Shown here piece after piece: positions 1 through 11,614 of a stretch of DNA of 64,000 nt. The position numbers were made by a program, and so were the translations under genes. Location of the stretch: NCBI RefSeq assembly GCF_024521635.1, contig NW_026250407.1, positions 1,054,001-1,118,000 of the forward strand, written 5' to 3'. Numbering within the stretch: position 1 is the stretch's first letter; each line of letters starts with the position of its first letter. Source of the stretch: Tricharina praecox. Lineage: Eukaryota. The notes beneath the pieces are model-generated. The model was not told the DNA's origin and did no database searches. It saw nothing but the letters and a program-made list of their open reading frames with translations.

Positions 1-447
1 CTCCTCCGGCACCGCGAGAAGGTCGAAATGCACACGGCCGACAAATTCCAAGGCCGGGACAAAGAGATCATTGTGATATCGCTTGTCCGCTCCAACGACC
101 AAGGCACAGTGGGCGAGCTCCTGCGGGACTGGCGTCGGATCAACGTTGCATTCACCCGGGCCCGGTCGAAGCTCATCATTTTGGGATCGCGATCAACACT
201 GAGCTCGAACGACCTGCTGAAGGATTTTGTGGGGCTGATGGAGAGGAATTCCTGGGTGTACACGCTTCCCGCAAATGCTCATCTTCACCATGTTGCTGCG
301 GAATCGATGGGTGCCGCTTCTCCGAAGCGCACGAGGCAGACGACTGGAAAGGAGAATCAAAGATCGCCAAAGAGAATCGGTGGAAAGGTGCCGCAGGGCT
401 TCTTGAATAGCAGGCCGATTTTGAAGGATATCATGAACGGCGGATAG
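1..447 (+). CDS. DNA2: DNA replication helicase/nuclease Dna2, C-terminal end (5' partial)
   Basis: SF1 helicase C-terminal motifs HTADKFQGRDKE...SLVRSN and DWRRINVAFTRARSKLIILGS; frame open from base 1 to TAG at 445-447. Confidence 0.85.
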   Translation, partial: LLRHREKVEMHTADKFQGRDKEIIVISLVRSNDQGTVGELLRDWRRINVAFTRARSKLIILGSRSTLSSNDLLKDFVGLMERNSWVYTLPANAHLHHVAAESMGAASPKRTRQTTGKENQRSPKRIGGKVPQGFLNSRPILKDIMNGG

Positions 448-663
448 TCCTGCGGATTTCTGATTTTGGTTGATTACTTCTTGCTTAGTAGAGTGGATTG
501 AATTGGAGTACTGGCGGTATCGAGATTTTGGAGTTTGAGATTTTATTTTTGACGTTTTGTTTATTCTTTTTATGCCGCTTGGATACTTTTTGGTGTGCTG
601 TAAATATTGTGGGGTTTCTGTATTCGTACTTCAGGATCTACACTATAACCAATACCGCTTGAC

Positions 664-697
664 TGTCCCTGCGAAATGTCCCTGGGCAATGTCCCTG
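664..697. promoter_or_regulatory. Three TGTCCCTG direct repeats at 13-bp spacing upstream of RAD51
   Basis: TGTCCCTG at 664, 677 and 690; regulatory role is inferred from position only. Confidence 0.35.
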
Positions 698-965
698 GAG
701 AATCCATAAGCATGTTCTAGGCCCGCACATCTTTTCCACATTAATTCGCCCTCAAATGGTAGATATTACTCATTCCAATCCGTCATGTGATCACGCGCAG
801 TGCAACTTTACACGCTTTGCCACCGCACCCTCAGACGACGCATCCGCATCCGCCCACACCCATACCCATTTCTCTTCCATCACTACCACCACCATCATCC
901 ATCATCACCACCCATTTCGAACATACTGGCAACAGAAAACCGTAGCAAATACGACGACGACGACA

Positions 966-2186
966 ATGAGTGCTGAAGATCCGCAAGAAGGCTCTCAGCT
1001 CGATGACACTGCTTCGCAGTTCGGAGGTCCCGGGGCTCCTACGCCGCTAGCCCAGCTCGAGGTACGGATCACCTCCGGCAGCGCATGATTTCCCGAGATT
1101 TGCTGACGTCTCCGCGCAGGGGAATGGCATCAGTGCGCGCGACATCAAGACAATCATCGAGGCGGGCTACAACACCGTCGAGTCGATCGCCTACACGTAC
1201 ATGAATCCGCGGATCCCTGGCGGGGCAATCGCTGCAGCAGCATGCTGACATTATTGCGCAGACCGAAGCGGGCGCTCCTGACGATCAAGGGGATATCGGA
1301 AGCGAAGGCCGACAAGCTGATCCTGGAGGCGTCGAAGCTCGTTCCGATGGGGTTCACGACGGCGACGGAAATGCACCATCGCCGGAGCGAGCTGATTTCC
1401 GTCACCACGGGGTCGAAGCAGCTCGATACCCTCCTGGCCGGTGGCGTCGAGACCGGAAGTATAACCGAGATCTTTGGTGAGTTTCGAACGGGAAAATCGC
1501 AGATTTGTCATACGCTGGCGGTCACCTGCCAGTTGCCGTTCGATATGGGCGGCGGTGAGGGGAAGTGCCTCTTCATCGATACCGAGGGCACGTTTCGTCC
1601 GGTGCGGTTGTTGGCGGTCGCGAACAGGTTCGGCCTGAACGGCGAGGAGGTCCTGGATAATGTTGCGTATGCGAGGGCGTACAACTCGGACCATCAGCTG
1701 CAGCTGCTCAACCAAGCGGCGGCGATGATGACCGAAACCCGGTTCTCGTTGCTGGTGGTAGATTCCGCGACGTCGCTCTATCGTACCGATTTTGCAGGCA
1801 GAGGAGAGCTCTCGGCCCGCCAGGCGCATCTGGCGAAGTTCATGCGGACACTGCAGAGACTTGCGGACGAGTTTGGAATTGCCGTTGTCATCACCAACCA
1901 AGTCGTCGCGCAGGTCGACGGCGGTGGAATGTTCAACCCCGACCCGAAGAAGCCGATCGGTGGTAACATCATTGCCCACGCATCCACCACCAGATTGTAT
2001 CTGCGCAAAGGAAGAGGAGAGACCCGAGTATGCAAGATTTACGATTCACCGTGCTTACCTGAGTCGGAGTGCATGTTTGCCATTCACGGTAAGCCATTCC
2101 TCTATCCATGATTCCTGCGGATCATCGCTGACATTATTGCAGAGGACGGCATTGGCGATCCTTCGCCGAAGGACATGGAGAGCTGA
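966..2186 (+). CDS. RAD51: DNA repair recombinase Rad51 (4 exons: 966-1061, 1120-1196, 1262-2088, 2143-2186)
   Basis: Walker [15 protein letters not shown] Walker [22 protein letters not shown] polymerisation motif; GT-AG introns with GCTGAC branch points restore one frame ending [14 protein letters not shown]. Confidence 0.97.
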
Positions 2187-2603
2187 TTAGATCTCTTGGC
2201 GGACTGGGACTGGCGATTGTTTTCTTGCTATGTGCTTGTCTTGATGAACTCACGAATAATTTTGCTGCTGTAGGAAGCGTAAAAGGGAAATGGAGTTTCT
2301 TTGGCTGCTTTGTACTGTACTTTACTTTGACCAATCGAATCGATAGATGATCCGATCCAGAAAGACGAGTGATGCGACATTGTATCCACATTTTAGCATT
2401 AGTCATGCGGCTGACAGTCTTGGCGGATGTTGTGAGGCGCCTGCTACCCACTACTATCACTACTACGCAACTAGCTTCTTAACCTCCATCATCACCTCCA
2501 AGCTGCTTTCAGTTTAATCATCCATCATCAATCATCAGATTTCGATCACCCTCGTCACGAACCTCGAGCTTACCAGTACCTGTCGACGACCATACTCTGA
2601 AAT

Positions 2604-4237
2604 ATGGTACCCACCTCACCTATCCTCCGCTGGCGGCAATCGGGCGGACACATGGCGTTCTTGGGATAGTTGGCTGACCATGTGTCTGATATGTAGGGTC
2701 AAGGACAATCCGGAATGGGCGGGGCCCCTGGTGGGGACGCCGGCAAAGATCAGAAGGACCAGAAGGTACGGGAGTCATTCCCTTGAAGCTCTCGCCACCC
2801 GCGGAGGGGAGGGGCAGTAGCTAACTGTTACCAACAGAAAGACAAGCCCAAGTACGAGCCGCCTCCACCAACCACCCGCGTCGGCCGCAAGAAGAAGCGT
2901 CTTGGTGGCGGTCCGGATGCTGCCAACAAGCTCCCCACGGTTTTCCCCAACGCGCGCTGCAAGCTGAAGCTGCTCCGGATGGATCGCATCAAGGACCACC
3001 TCATGCTCGAGGAGGCGTTCGTGACGAACGAGGAACGGTACAGGGCTTCGAAGGGCGAGAAGGGAGGTCTGGAGCAGAGGCAGGAGGAGGAGAGGGGTAG
3101 GGTTGATGATATGCGTGGAAGTCCCATGGGTGTCGGTACGCTAGAGGAGATGATTGATGACGACCATGCTATCGTTTCGAGTACTACGGGACCTGAGTAT
3201 GTGCGAGGAGTATCTGTTGGGTTTGGGGGCGTGCTGACTCGATTTTTTCAGGTACTACGTCTCTATCATGTCCTTCGTCGACAAGGACCTGCTCGAGCCC
3301 GGATGCTCTGTCCTGCTCCACCACAAGACCGTGTCGATCGTCGGTGTGCTTACGGATGACTCGGATCCCCTCATCACTGTGATGAAGCTCGACAAGGCGC
3401 CGACCGAGTCTTACGCCGATATTGGAGGTCTGGAGCAGCAGATCCAGGAAGTTCGGGAATCCGTCGAGTTGCCACTGCTCCACCCCGAGCTGTACGAGGA
3501 GATGGGTATCAAGCCCCCGAAGGGAGTCATTCTCTATGGATCGCCTGGTACCGGAAAGACGTTGCTCGCCAAGGCCGTTGCCAACCAGACCTCGGCGACA
3601 TTCCTGCGTATCGTCGGTTCCGAGCTCATCCAGAAGTACTTGGGTGACGGCCCCAGGCTATGTCGTCAGATCTTCCAGGTCGCGGCAGAGCATGCTCCCA
3701 GTATTGTCTTCATCGATGAGATTGACGCCATTGGTACGAAACGTTACGACTCTACCAGTGGTGGTGAGAGGGAGGTGCAGAGAACCATGCTGGAGCTTCT
3801 AAATCAGTTGGACGGTTTCGATGATCGTGGTGACGTCAAGGTCATCATGGCCACAAACAAGATTGAAACCTTGGACCCGGCCCTGATCAGACCTGGACGT
3901 ATTGACCGCAAGATTCTGTTCGAGAATCCAGACCGTAAGACTGTTTAGTTCTCGTGAACGAGCCGATTGCTGACTGGTATTTACAGAGGTCACCAAGAAG
4001 AAGATCTTTGCCCTTCACACCTCCAAGATGTCCTTGAGTAGTGACGTCGAACTGGATGAGTTCATCAACCAGAAGGACGATCTCTCCGGTGCCGATATCA
4101 AAGCCATCTGCACAGAGGCTGGTCTGCTCGCGCTCCGTGAGAGGCGAATGAGGGTCCAGATGCAGGACTTCAGAAGCGCTAGAGAGAGGGTTCTCAAGAC
4201 CAAGACTGAGGGCGAGCCGGAGGGGTTGTACTTGTAA
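2604..4237 (+). CDS. RPT2: 26S proteasome regulatory ATPase subunit 4 (exons 2604-2606, 2697-2765, 2838-3196, 3252-3934, 3987-4237)
   Basis: MGQGQSG N-terminus, [17 protein letters not shown], Walker [21 protein letters not shown] and C-terminal EGLYL. Confidence 0.96.
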
Positions 4238-4661
4238 TTGTGGGCATTATGGATGCAGTTTAGACGCCGGGGCTTTTACATTGGGATGAATGCAATGGGA
4301 TGGGTCCAATCGTTTTTGCTTTGTGTGTCAGAAGGCGACAACTTTTTGTTTCAAGGTTCGCTGTTTCGTTGTTGAGTGATGGGAAAACTTTACTTCACTT
4401 TCAAACCAATGCAAATCTCTCATGGCTACTAATGGTACTTTACAAAATTCAGGCACAATCTTGGGATCTGCATCTTTCCCCTTCCTTCGCATCTCTCCCA
4501 TCCCTCGACAATAGTGACTGCAAAGACAAGTGATAGACAAAACCCCGCCGATAGCAGATCGACAACGAAGGACATCAGCCGTCAAAGAAACACATCCGCC
4601 GTGCTAGAACTAAAAGGTGCAAGATATGAATTCTGGATGGGGGATCGAGATCGAGAGGGGT

Positions 4662-5734
4662 CTAGATCTTCTCATAGGCAGCCCTTTCGGTGTCGTACTT
4701 CTGGAGGTTGGAGAGTGCCAGATCGGCATATGGCTGAGGAGCAAAGGGTCAGTTTCTAGACGATCACGCAACTCGAACTGCACGTACCTTCTTCTCAACA
4801 TCGGTCATGCTTGCCCACTGCTTTCCAGCTGCCTTGGCCTTCTCGCCAATCTTGTCTCCCTCCAGCGAGTTGAACTTGGTCCGGTAGAAGGTCAAGAAAG
4901 CACCAGCGGGCCTCTTGGGGGTCCTGTGGTCCACAATCAGGTCGTTGTATCCACGGACGTTGTTCCTCTTGAGCCAGCGGCGAGCGGCATTGGCCTTCTG
5001 GATCTCCTCGGCCGAGTGGGACTCGACGAAAGCGGCGTAGGTGGCCTTCTGGGCTTCGGTCTTGGCCCTGGCGAGCTCAGCGTATCTCTATGAGTTGCTA
5101 ATGTTAGATCCACCAACCGTGGGGAAGAAGAATCGGGGGAGGGTGAGGAACTTACAGCCTTCTCTGCCTCGGGGAGCTTGGCGTAGGTGTCGGCAGTGTC
5201 CTTGCTGATCAGAGACCTTCCTGGAGTCGCCATATGCTGCGAGATGTAGATGTTGAACGGCGACATGCGGCTGACAGGCTTGCCCGGGGGCTTGAGAGCA
5301 ATCTCCTTCATTTCCCTCCTCTTATCAACGGCACGGAGCTCAGCGGCCCGCAGCCTCTTCGCCTCCTTCTGCTCCGGAGTCAACACCTTCTTCTCCTTCT
5401 TGACCGCAGCCTTCTTGACCACTTTCTTGTCGGTGAGTTTCTTAGTAGCAGCAGCTGGCGTCTTCTTTGCGGCGGCGGCTGCGGCGGGCTTCTTTGCGGC
5501 GGGCTTCTTTGCGGCGGCGGTGGTGGTCGCCGCAGAGGCCTTCTTCCCCTTGGGGGCGGCGGCGGCGGTGGTGGCCTTCGCCGGGGCCTTTGTGGGGACC
5601 GTGGCCGCAGCGGTGGCTTTGCCTCGGATACCCATGGGAATCACGGCGACATGGGGGCGGAGGCTGACGGCGCGTGTGGCGACGACCTGCAGGCGGGCCA
5701 CCGGGCGGAGGAGGCGACTCAAGGCAGTCGACAT
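4662..5734 (-). CDS. Probable mitochondrial HMG-box DNA-packaging protein (Abf2-like); exons 5734-5156, 5087-4788, 4733-4662
   Basis: Arg-rich acid-free presequence MSTALSRLLRPVARL, Lys/Ala-rich segment, and two HMG-box-like units (MSPFNIYI...YAKLPEAEKARY; PKRPAGAFLTFY...WASMTDVEKKPY). Confidence 0.75.
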
Positions 5735-7216
5735 GATGTTACTACACAGGCTGCGTGCGAGATTCGGTCGGTTAGGACTAAATGTGGATGATGTAGGGGA
5801 GGAGGGTGTGGAATGCAAGTGTGTATGTACCTGGATGGGAGTAGTGGTGATGATGGTTGCGTGGAGTGGAGAGGTGTTTCAATGCGAGGTGGGGGTGGAG
5901 GGGGGTGGGGTTTGTTTGGAGGGATGCAAACGATTAGATTGTAGTGGGTGGTTGATTGATGGGGGGGTGGGAGGGTGGGGTGGGTTTGTGATTTGCAAGT
6001 TTCATAGTCTACCCTAACTCGCTCCAACCACATACGACCCGTCTCTGCGGGTCTTCCATCGTCGTCATCATTTGAGCCCCACTCAATTGCAGTCACTCGG
6101 TGGTTCGTAACTTCCGGTCTCCAAATCAGGAGGATTACTTGCAAATCTCCTCTCGAAAAACTTGTGCGGAATCATGGTGGTTGTTGACGAGTCATGTGAT
6201 CATGCGCCCGCACCCCTACAGCCCATCTTAGAGCAGAGCTAACGTCTGACGTCCAAGGAGACCGGATCGAGATCAGGTCTGATGGATAAGATTATACGTA
6301 TGTGGATATCGCATCCTCCATCTTCACGACGGCAACCACCCAACTTTCCAACAATTGATCTTTCGATGCCTGTTCTGACGGCATGATACTGATCCTAAAC
6401 CTTTACCAGCACCTTACAGAAACCACCTTCTATTCTCACGGTCCGCAGGTCGCTCCATAGAGGCCGAGACCCTCCCACTCGGACCTAGATCTCGATTCCA
6501 GACAGCTTTACTTGTCGAACACGCAAGATAATGAGTGGGTTGTGATTAGGGTGGGATGCCTAGGACGATTCAAGTTGATTTGGGAATCAGCTCTGCGTGT
6601 AGCCAGCTTGATTCCAAGTGAGGTGGGCTCACGTGCATCCCTATTTCTAGAGGGCCGCATTAGGCAATGTTTGCGGGGGAGTTCGTTGGCATCGCTGGTA
6701 AATCGGTCTGTCCAGTGCCGGCCAGGGCTTGAAGGGAAGGCGCTGTCGTAGCGCCTTGGGGACGACTCGTCCGTTTACTTAGGAGTGGGCACGAGTGAAA
6801 ATTCTTCAACCTTTACCGAGTATTTCACGCACTCGAAGGCTTTCGGGTATGAAGCCCATTCGGTAGCGCTGTATTATACAGCGGACATAGAGGTCCAAAG
6901 TGTGGAAATTGAAAAGAGAGAGGGTTGTGATGGAGGTGGTAGTTATACCTATGGAAACCGAACACTACGGTACGGTAGAGAACCGTATCTTGCATTCGAT
7001 CATCTAAAATCACTCAGGCGTACCTAACACGTGATGCCAAGCCACTTTCGTGGCTAACGCCTCTCACTGTCATATCATAAAGCAACACAACATACCACGC
7101 CTGCTCGCCTCCAACCAGACCGCACGCACGCCTCGACACCTCAACCCCCCAGTTAACTCCAACGACAGCTCGTAACAAACGTCACTCAGCTTTCGCGAAC
7201 GAACGGACTCACCACG

Positions 7217-10200
7217 ATGCCACGATACGGCTCACGTTCCCGTTCACCGTCCTCGCGCGCCGGAGGCGGAGGCGGCGGCGGCGGTGGTGGCGGCGGCGGT
7301 AGCGGTAGCGGAGGCTACTCGAAGCGTAGCCGCGACGACCGCTACGATCCTCGGGGATCTCGGCCGCGAAGCCGCAGCAGAGATGTACGTGCAAACCCAG
7401 CCGACAATGATCGCGCGCCAGCGCCACTAAAACCGGAGCCACAACAGAGAAGGGACTATAGGGACCGTGATCATCGGGACCGTGGCGGACGTCGTGATAG
7501 GTCCTCCGATAGACGGAGAAGGGACGATTACTATGATTCTAGGGACGATAGGAGGAGAGATGAGAGGCCGAGGGATAAGGAGAGGGAGAGGGAAAGGGAT
7601 AAACGTGATGGTGGGAGGAGATCGCGGTCGAGGGATAGTGTCCGTGGCGGTGATCGTTCCAAGAGGGATAGAGATCGCGATGCGGATCGGGAGAGGGGTG
7701 GTGATGGCAGAAGGGATGACCACCGACGCGGTGATCGGGATCGCGGAAAAGATGTGAGAACTTTCCATGATGGTGGCGCAACCTCAATTATTGACAGAAG
7801 TGTCAAGTCTCCCGCTCCTACGGCCCAAACCGAAGACGAGAAGATCCGGCAACGCAGGGAACGTCTGGAGGCTTGGAAGAAGAAGAAGGCCGAAGAGGAA
7901 GCACAGAAGAAGGCTGCGTCGCCTGCGGCCATGTTGTCGGAACTCGAGAGACAACGATCGGTCTCTGTAGCGTCGAATACTTCAAAACCGAGGCAAGGAA
8001 CCCCGAAGGTTCCTGCTCAACAAGCTACAACGTCCGCCTCCTTGTCCAATTCTAGCACACCTCGTCCAAAGGCTGACCAAGGTTCCTCAGTACCTCCAAG
8101 TGCTCCGTTGGGTATGCGTCCCTCTCCCGTCGATGACTGTGGCCTGTTATGTGCTGACTCGAGAAGCTCCTACGAATGGATCAGCGCTACCTACCAATCG
8201 CCCCGTCTCAACCTTTGGGTTCGGTGCAGCTAGGAGGAATGCCGACAAAGGCAAACGTACACTCGATTTCGGCGATGAGGAATCTTCCAGGAAGAAGCTT
8301 GAAAGGTTGCCCTCACCGACCCCCGGTGAAGCTGATATGAACGGTACGGTAAAAGAAGAAGATATAGACGATGACACAGAGATGCAGGACGCCACAGAAG
8401 AGGAGTCTGCAGCTGCTGCTAGAGCGGCGGCGGAGCAGCGCAGGGAACGTGCCGAAGCTGCCGCAGCTGCCGCGGCCCTCGACGCTGCTACGGCAATGGA
8501 AGTGGAGCCCGAAGCACCCGCCGCTCCTCCGGTCGAAGAGGAAGAGGAGGCCGATCCTCTGGATGCCTTTATGGCCAACATCGGCACCTCGGTTGCAGCC
8601 GAGGCTCAGCCCAGGATCAGACCAGCAGATGATGCGGAGCTCCTCGGTGATGACGAGATTGACTTGGTTGTGAATGAACAGGATCCGGACGACATTCTCG
8701 CTATGGCCGCGAAGCTCAAGAAGAAAGAACTGCCAGCCATCAATCACTCCAAGATCAATTATGAGCCTTTCCGCAAGAGCTTCTATGTTGAGCCCATTGA
8801 GCTTGCTGAGATGAACGAGAAAGAAGTTGATGATCTGCGTCTCGAGCTCGATGGTATCAAAGTCAGAGGTCAAGATGTGCCGAAGCCGGTTGTCAAGTGG
8901 AGTCAGTGTGGTCTTCCGTCACAGAGTCTGAATGTCATCCAGAGCCTGGGGTACGATAGACCGACCTCGATTCAGGCACAGGCTATTCCGGCCATCATGT
9001 CGGGCAGAAATGTCATCGGTGTGGCCAAAACAGGATCTGGAAAGACCATCGCTTTCTTACTTCCAATGTTTAGGCACATCAAAGATCAAAGGCCATTGGA
9101 CTCCCAGGACGGGCCCATTGCCTTAGTTATGACGCCTACCCGAGAGCTTGCTGTCCAGATCTTCAAAGAGTGCAAGCCATTCCTCAAGGCACTGAATCTT
9201 AGGGTGAGTCCAATCGTTGCTTCCTACAGACACTTCCCGCTGACAATTAATAGGCTGTCTGCGCGTACGGAGGATCTCCCATCAAAGATCAAATCGCTGA
9301 GGTTAAACGTGGCGCTGAAATCATTGTCTGCACACCCGGTCGGATGGTGTTCCTCCTTGCTGCCAACGGGGGCCGCGTCACGAATCTGAAGCGTGTGACC
9401 TACATTGTTCTTGACGAGGCAGATCGTATGTTTGACATGGGACTTGAACCTCAGGTTATGAAGATCGTTGGAAACACCAGACCTGACAGACAGACGGTTT
9501 TGTTCTCTGCAACGTTCCCCCGACAGGTACGTCTCCCTATAGCCTGCAAATGCATGATCTAACAAGACCTCCAGATGGAAGCCCTGGCCCGTAAGATTCT
9601 CGTGCGGCCTGTTGAGATCGTCGTTGGTGCTCGCAGTGTAGTTGCACCCGAAATCACTCAGATCGTGGAAGTTAGGTCGGACGCCAACAAATTCGTTCGA
9701 CTACTTGAGCTTCTCGGCGAATTGCACGATAAAGACGAAGATGCCCGATCATTGATTTTCGTCAATCAGCAAGAGTCAGCCGATGGACTTCTCCGAGATC
9801 TCATGCGAAGAGGGTACCCTTGCATGTCGATTCACGGTGGTAAGGACCAGGTTGATCGTGATTCTACGATTATTGATTTCAAGAACGGTGTCGTCCCGGT
9901 GCTCATTGCCACTTCGGTTGCTGCACGCGGTCTCGATGTTAAGCAGTTGAAGTTGGTGGTGAACTACGACTGCCCAAACCACATGGAGGATTACGTGCAC
10001 AGAGTGGGCAGAACGGGACGTGCTGGAAATACGGGAACTGCTGTCACGTTCATCACTGAAGAGCAGGACCGATACTCGGTTGATATCGCGAAGGCCTTGA
10101 GAATGAGCAAACAGCCAATTCCTCCGGATGTGCAGAAGCTTGTAGACGGTGAGTTATCATCAATTCCGTTTTGTGGCAAACCAACTGACGGTCGTAGGAT

Positions 10201-10951
10201 TCAACGAGAAGGTCAAGTCCGGAAAGGAAAAGGCCAGTTTCTCTGGCTTCGGCGGCAAGGGACTCGAACGTCTAGATGCAGAGCGCGACATGGCCCGCCG
10301 AAGGGAGAGGAAGCAATTCGGCGAAGAAGGCGGCGACGACGCTGTGGAAGAGGTCGAGGCCGCGGAGGATACTGTGGTTGTCACCCCTCTTGGCGGCGCC
10401 GTGGTTGCCAAGGTGTCCACTGCCACCGGACCTTCGCTCGACGGCGAGATCGTGGTGCACAGACGGGGCACCGAAAATGCACTCGATCGCGTCAAGCAGG
10501 CTGCTTCGGCTGTGGACAGTCGTCTGAAGAAGAATGGCGAGCTGAGGTCTGGTGTTCCGATCGACAACAAGGGTCCCGATGCTGGAGCGTATCACGCGAC
10601 CCTCGAGATCAATGACTTTCCCCGTACGTTTCCTCCCTTATTTGATATTGTAGACAATATACTGATAACTCCGCAGAGAAAGCTAGATGGGCCGTTACGA
10701 ATCGCACGAACATCGCCAAGGTGCTCGAGCAGACAGGAACGTCCATCACCACGAAGGGAAGCTACTACGCTCCCGGCAAAGCTCCACAGCCCGGGCAAGA
10801 TCCCAAGCTGTACATTTTGGTGGAGGGAGATACGGAGCTTGTTGTTACGAACGCAATGAGAGAGCTCAAGAGACTGCTAGCCGAGGGTACAGCTGCGGCA
10901 GTGGATAGCGAGAACAGGACGCCCGCTAGTGGACGCTATAGCGTCGTTTAA
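7217..10951 (+). CDS. PRP5: Pre-mRNA-processing DEAD-box RNA helicase Prp5 (DDX46)
   Basis: N-terminal RS/RD domain, DPLDAFM motif, [36 protein letters not shown]-terminal KH-like LEINDFP...GRYSVV. Predicted introns 7385-7447, 7754-7807, 8111-8167, 9204-9253, 9527-9574, 10149-10197, 10624-10676. Confidence 0.95.
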
Positions 10952-11177
10952 TATCACTTTTGTCGCGCGTTGTGTTGAAGTTGGAGTTGCGAATTCATGT
11001 AATAATGTACAGATAAAATAAATGTCATTGTCGCGCCGTAATTATTTATGTACACTTCGTAGAGCAATCGCGTTCGCGTCCATGGTATGTTCGTGAGATC
11101 CTCGCGCGCAATATATAGCTTAGCTCAGCTCAGCTCGGCCCTGAGCGCCCGCACCGCGCCCCGTCTTCCTCGGAAGA

Positions 11178-11614
11178 TCAATCCCACACCAACTGCTCCT
11201 GCTGCGCCTTCGTTTTTGCAATCTCGGCCAGATGCTGGTTCTGCGTCTTGCGCTTCTGCTCATCCAGGCGATTTCCCAGCTTGCCTGTCGCCTGCTTCGA
11301 ATTCCGCGCCTACCCAGACATATCAATCAACACGTCGTCCCCCTCCTTCAGCCTTCCTTCAGCGCCGCAGCCCGTTAACTACGTACCTCTGCCGCCGCCG
11401 CCGCAGCGCTCCTTGCATCTCCCGCCCCGCTGCCGCCGGCCGACGACGACGCGGGCGATGCGGGAGCTAATGTGTGGCCCTGCCCGCGGATCCTGGGCTT
11501 CTGTGCTGCCGCTGGCGGAACGGGCGCGGTTGCTGCTGCCGCGGGGGGTGCGGACCCAAGCACTCGCCCCGGAGAGCTGAAGTTCGCGGAGGGCTTGCCG
11601 CAGAGACTGCCCAT
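11178..11614 (-). CDS. Small acylated protein, SVIP/Ygl108c-like (exons 11614-11387, 11309-11178)
   Basis: MGSLCGK myristoylation/palmitoylation start; ARSAAAAAAEAR...GKLGNRLDEQKRK...LVWD* after removing a GTACGT...TAG intron. Family assignment from recalled similarity. Confidence 0.7.

Noticed and set aside
1251..1979. Long antisense ORFs over RAD51, the HMG gene, CHD1 and others
   Set aside because: Expected shadows of GC-rich codon bias in real CDSs.
2604..2606. ATG-only first exon of RPT2
   Set aside because: Likely real, but a common fungal gene architecture rather than a novelty.
6030..6140. 5S rRNA (starts ACATACGACC)
   Set aside because: Only the first 10 nt resemble a fungal 5S; the rest does not.
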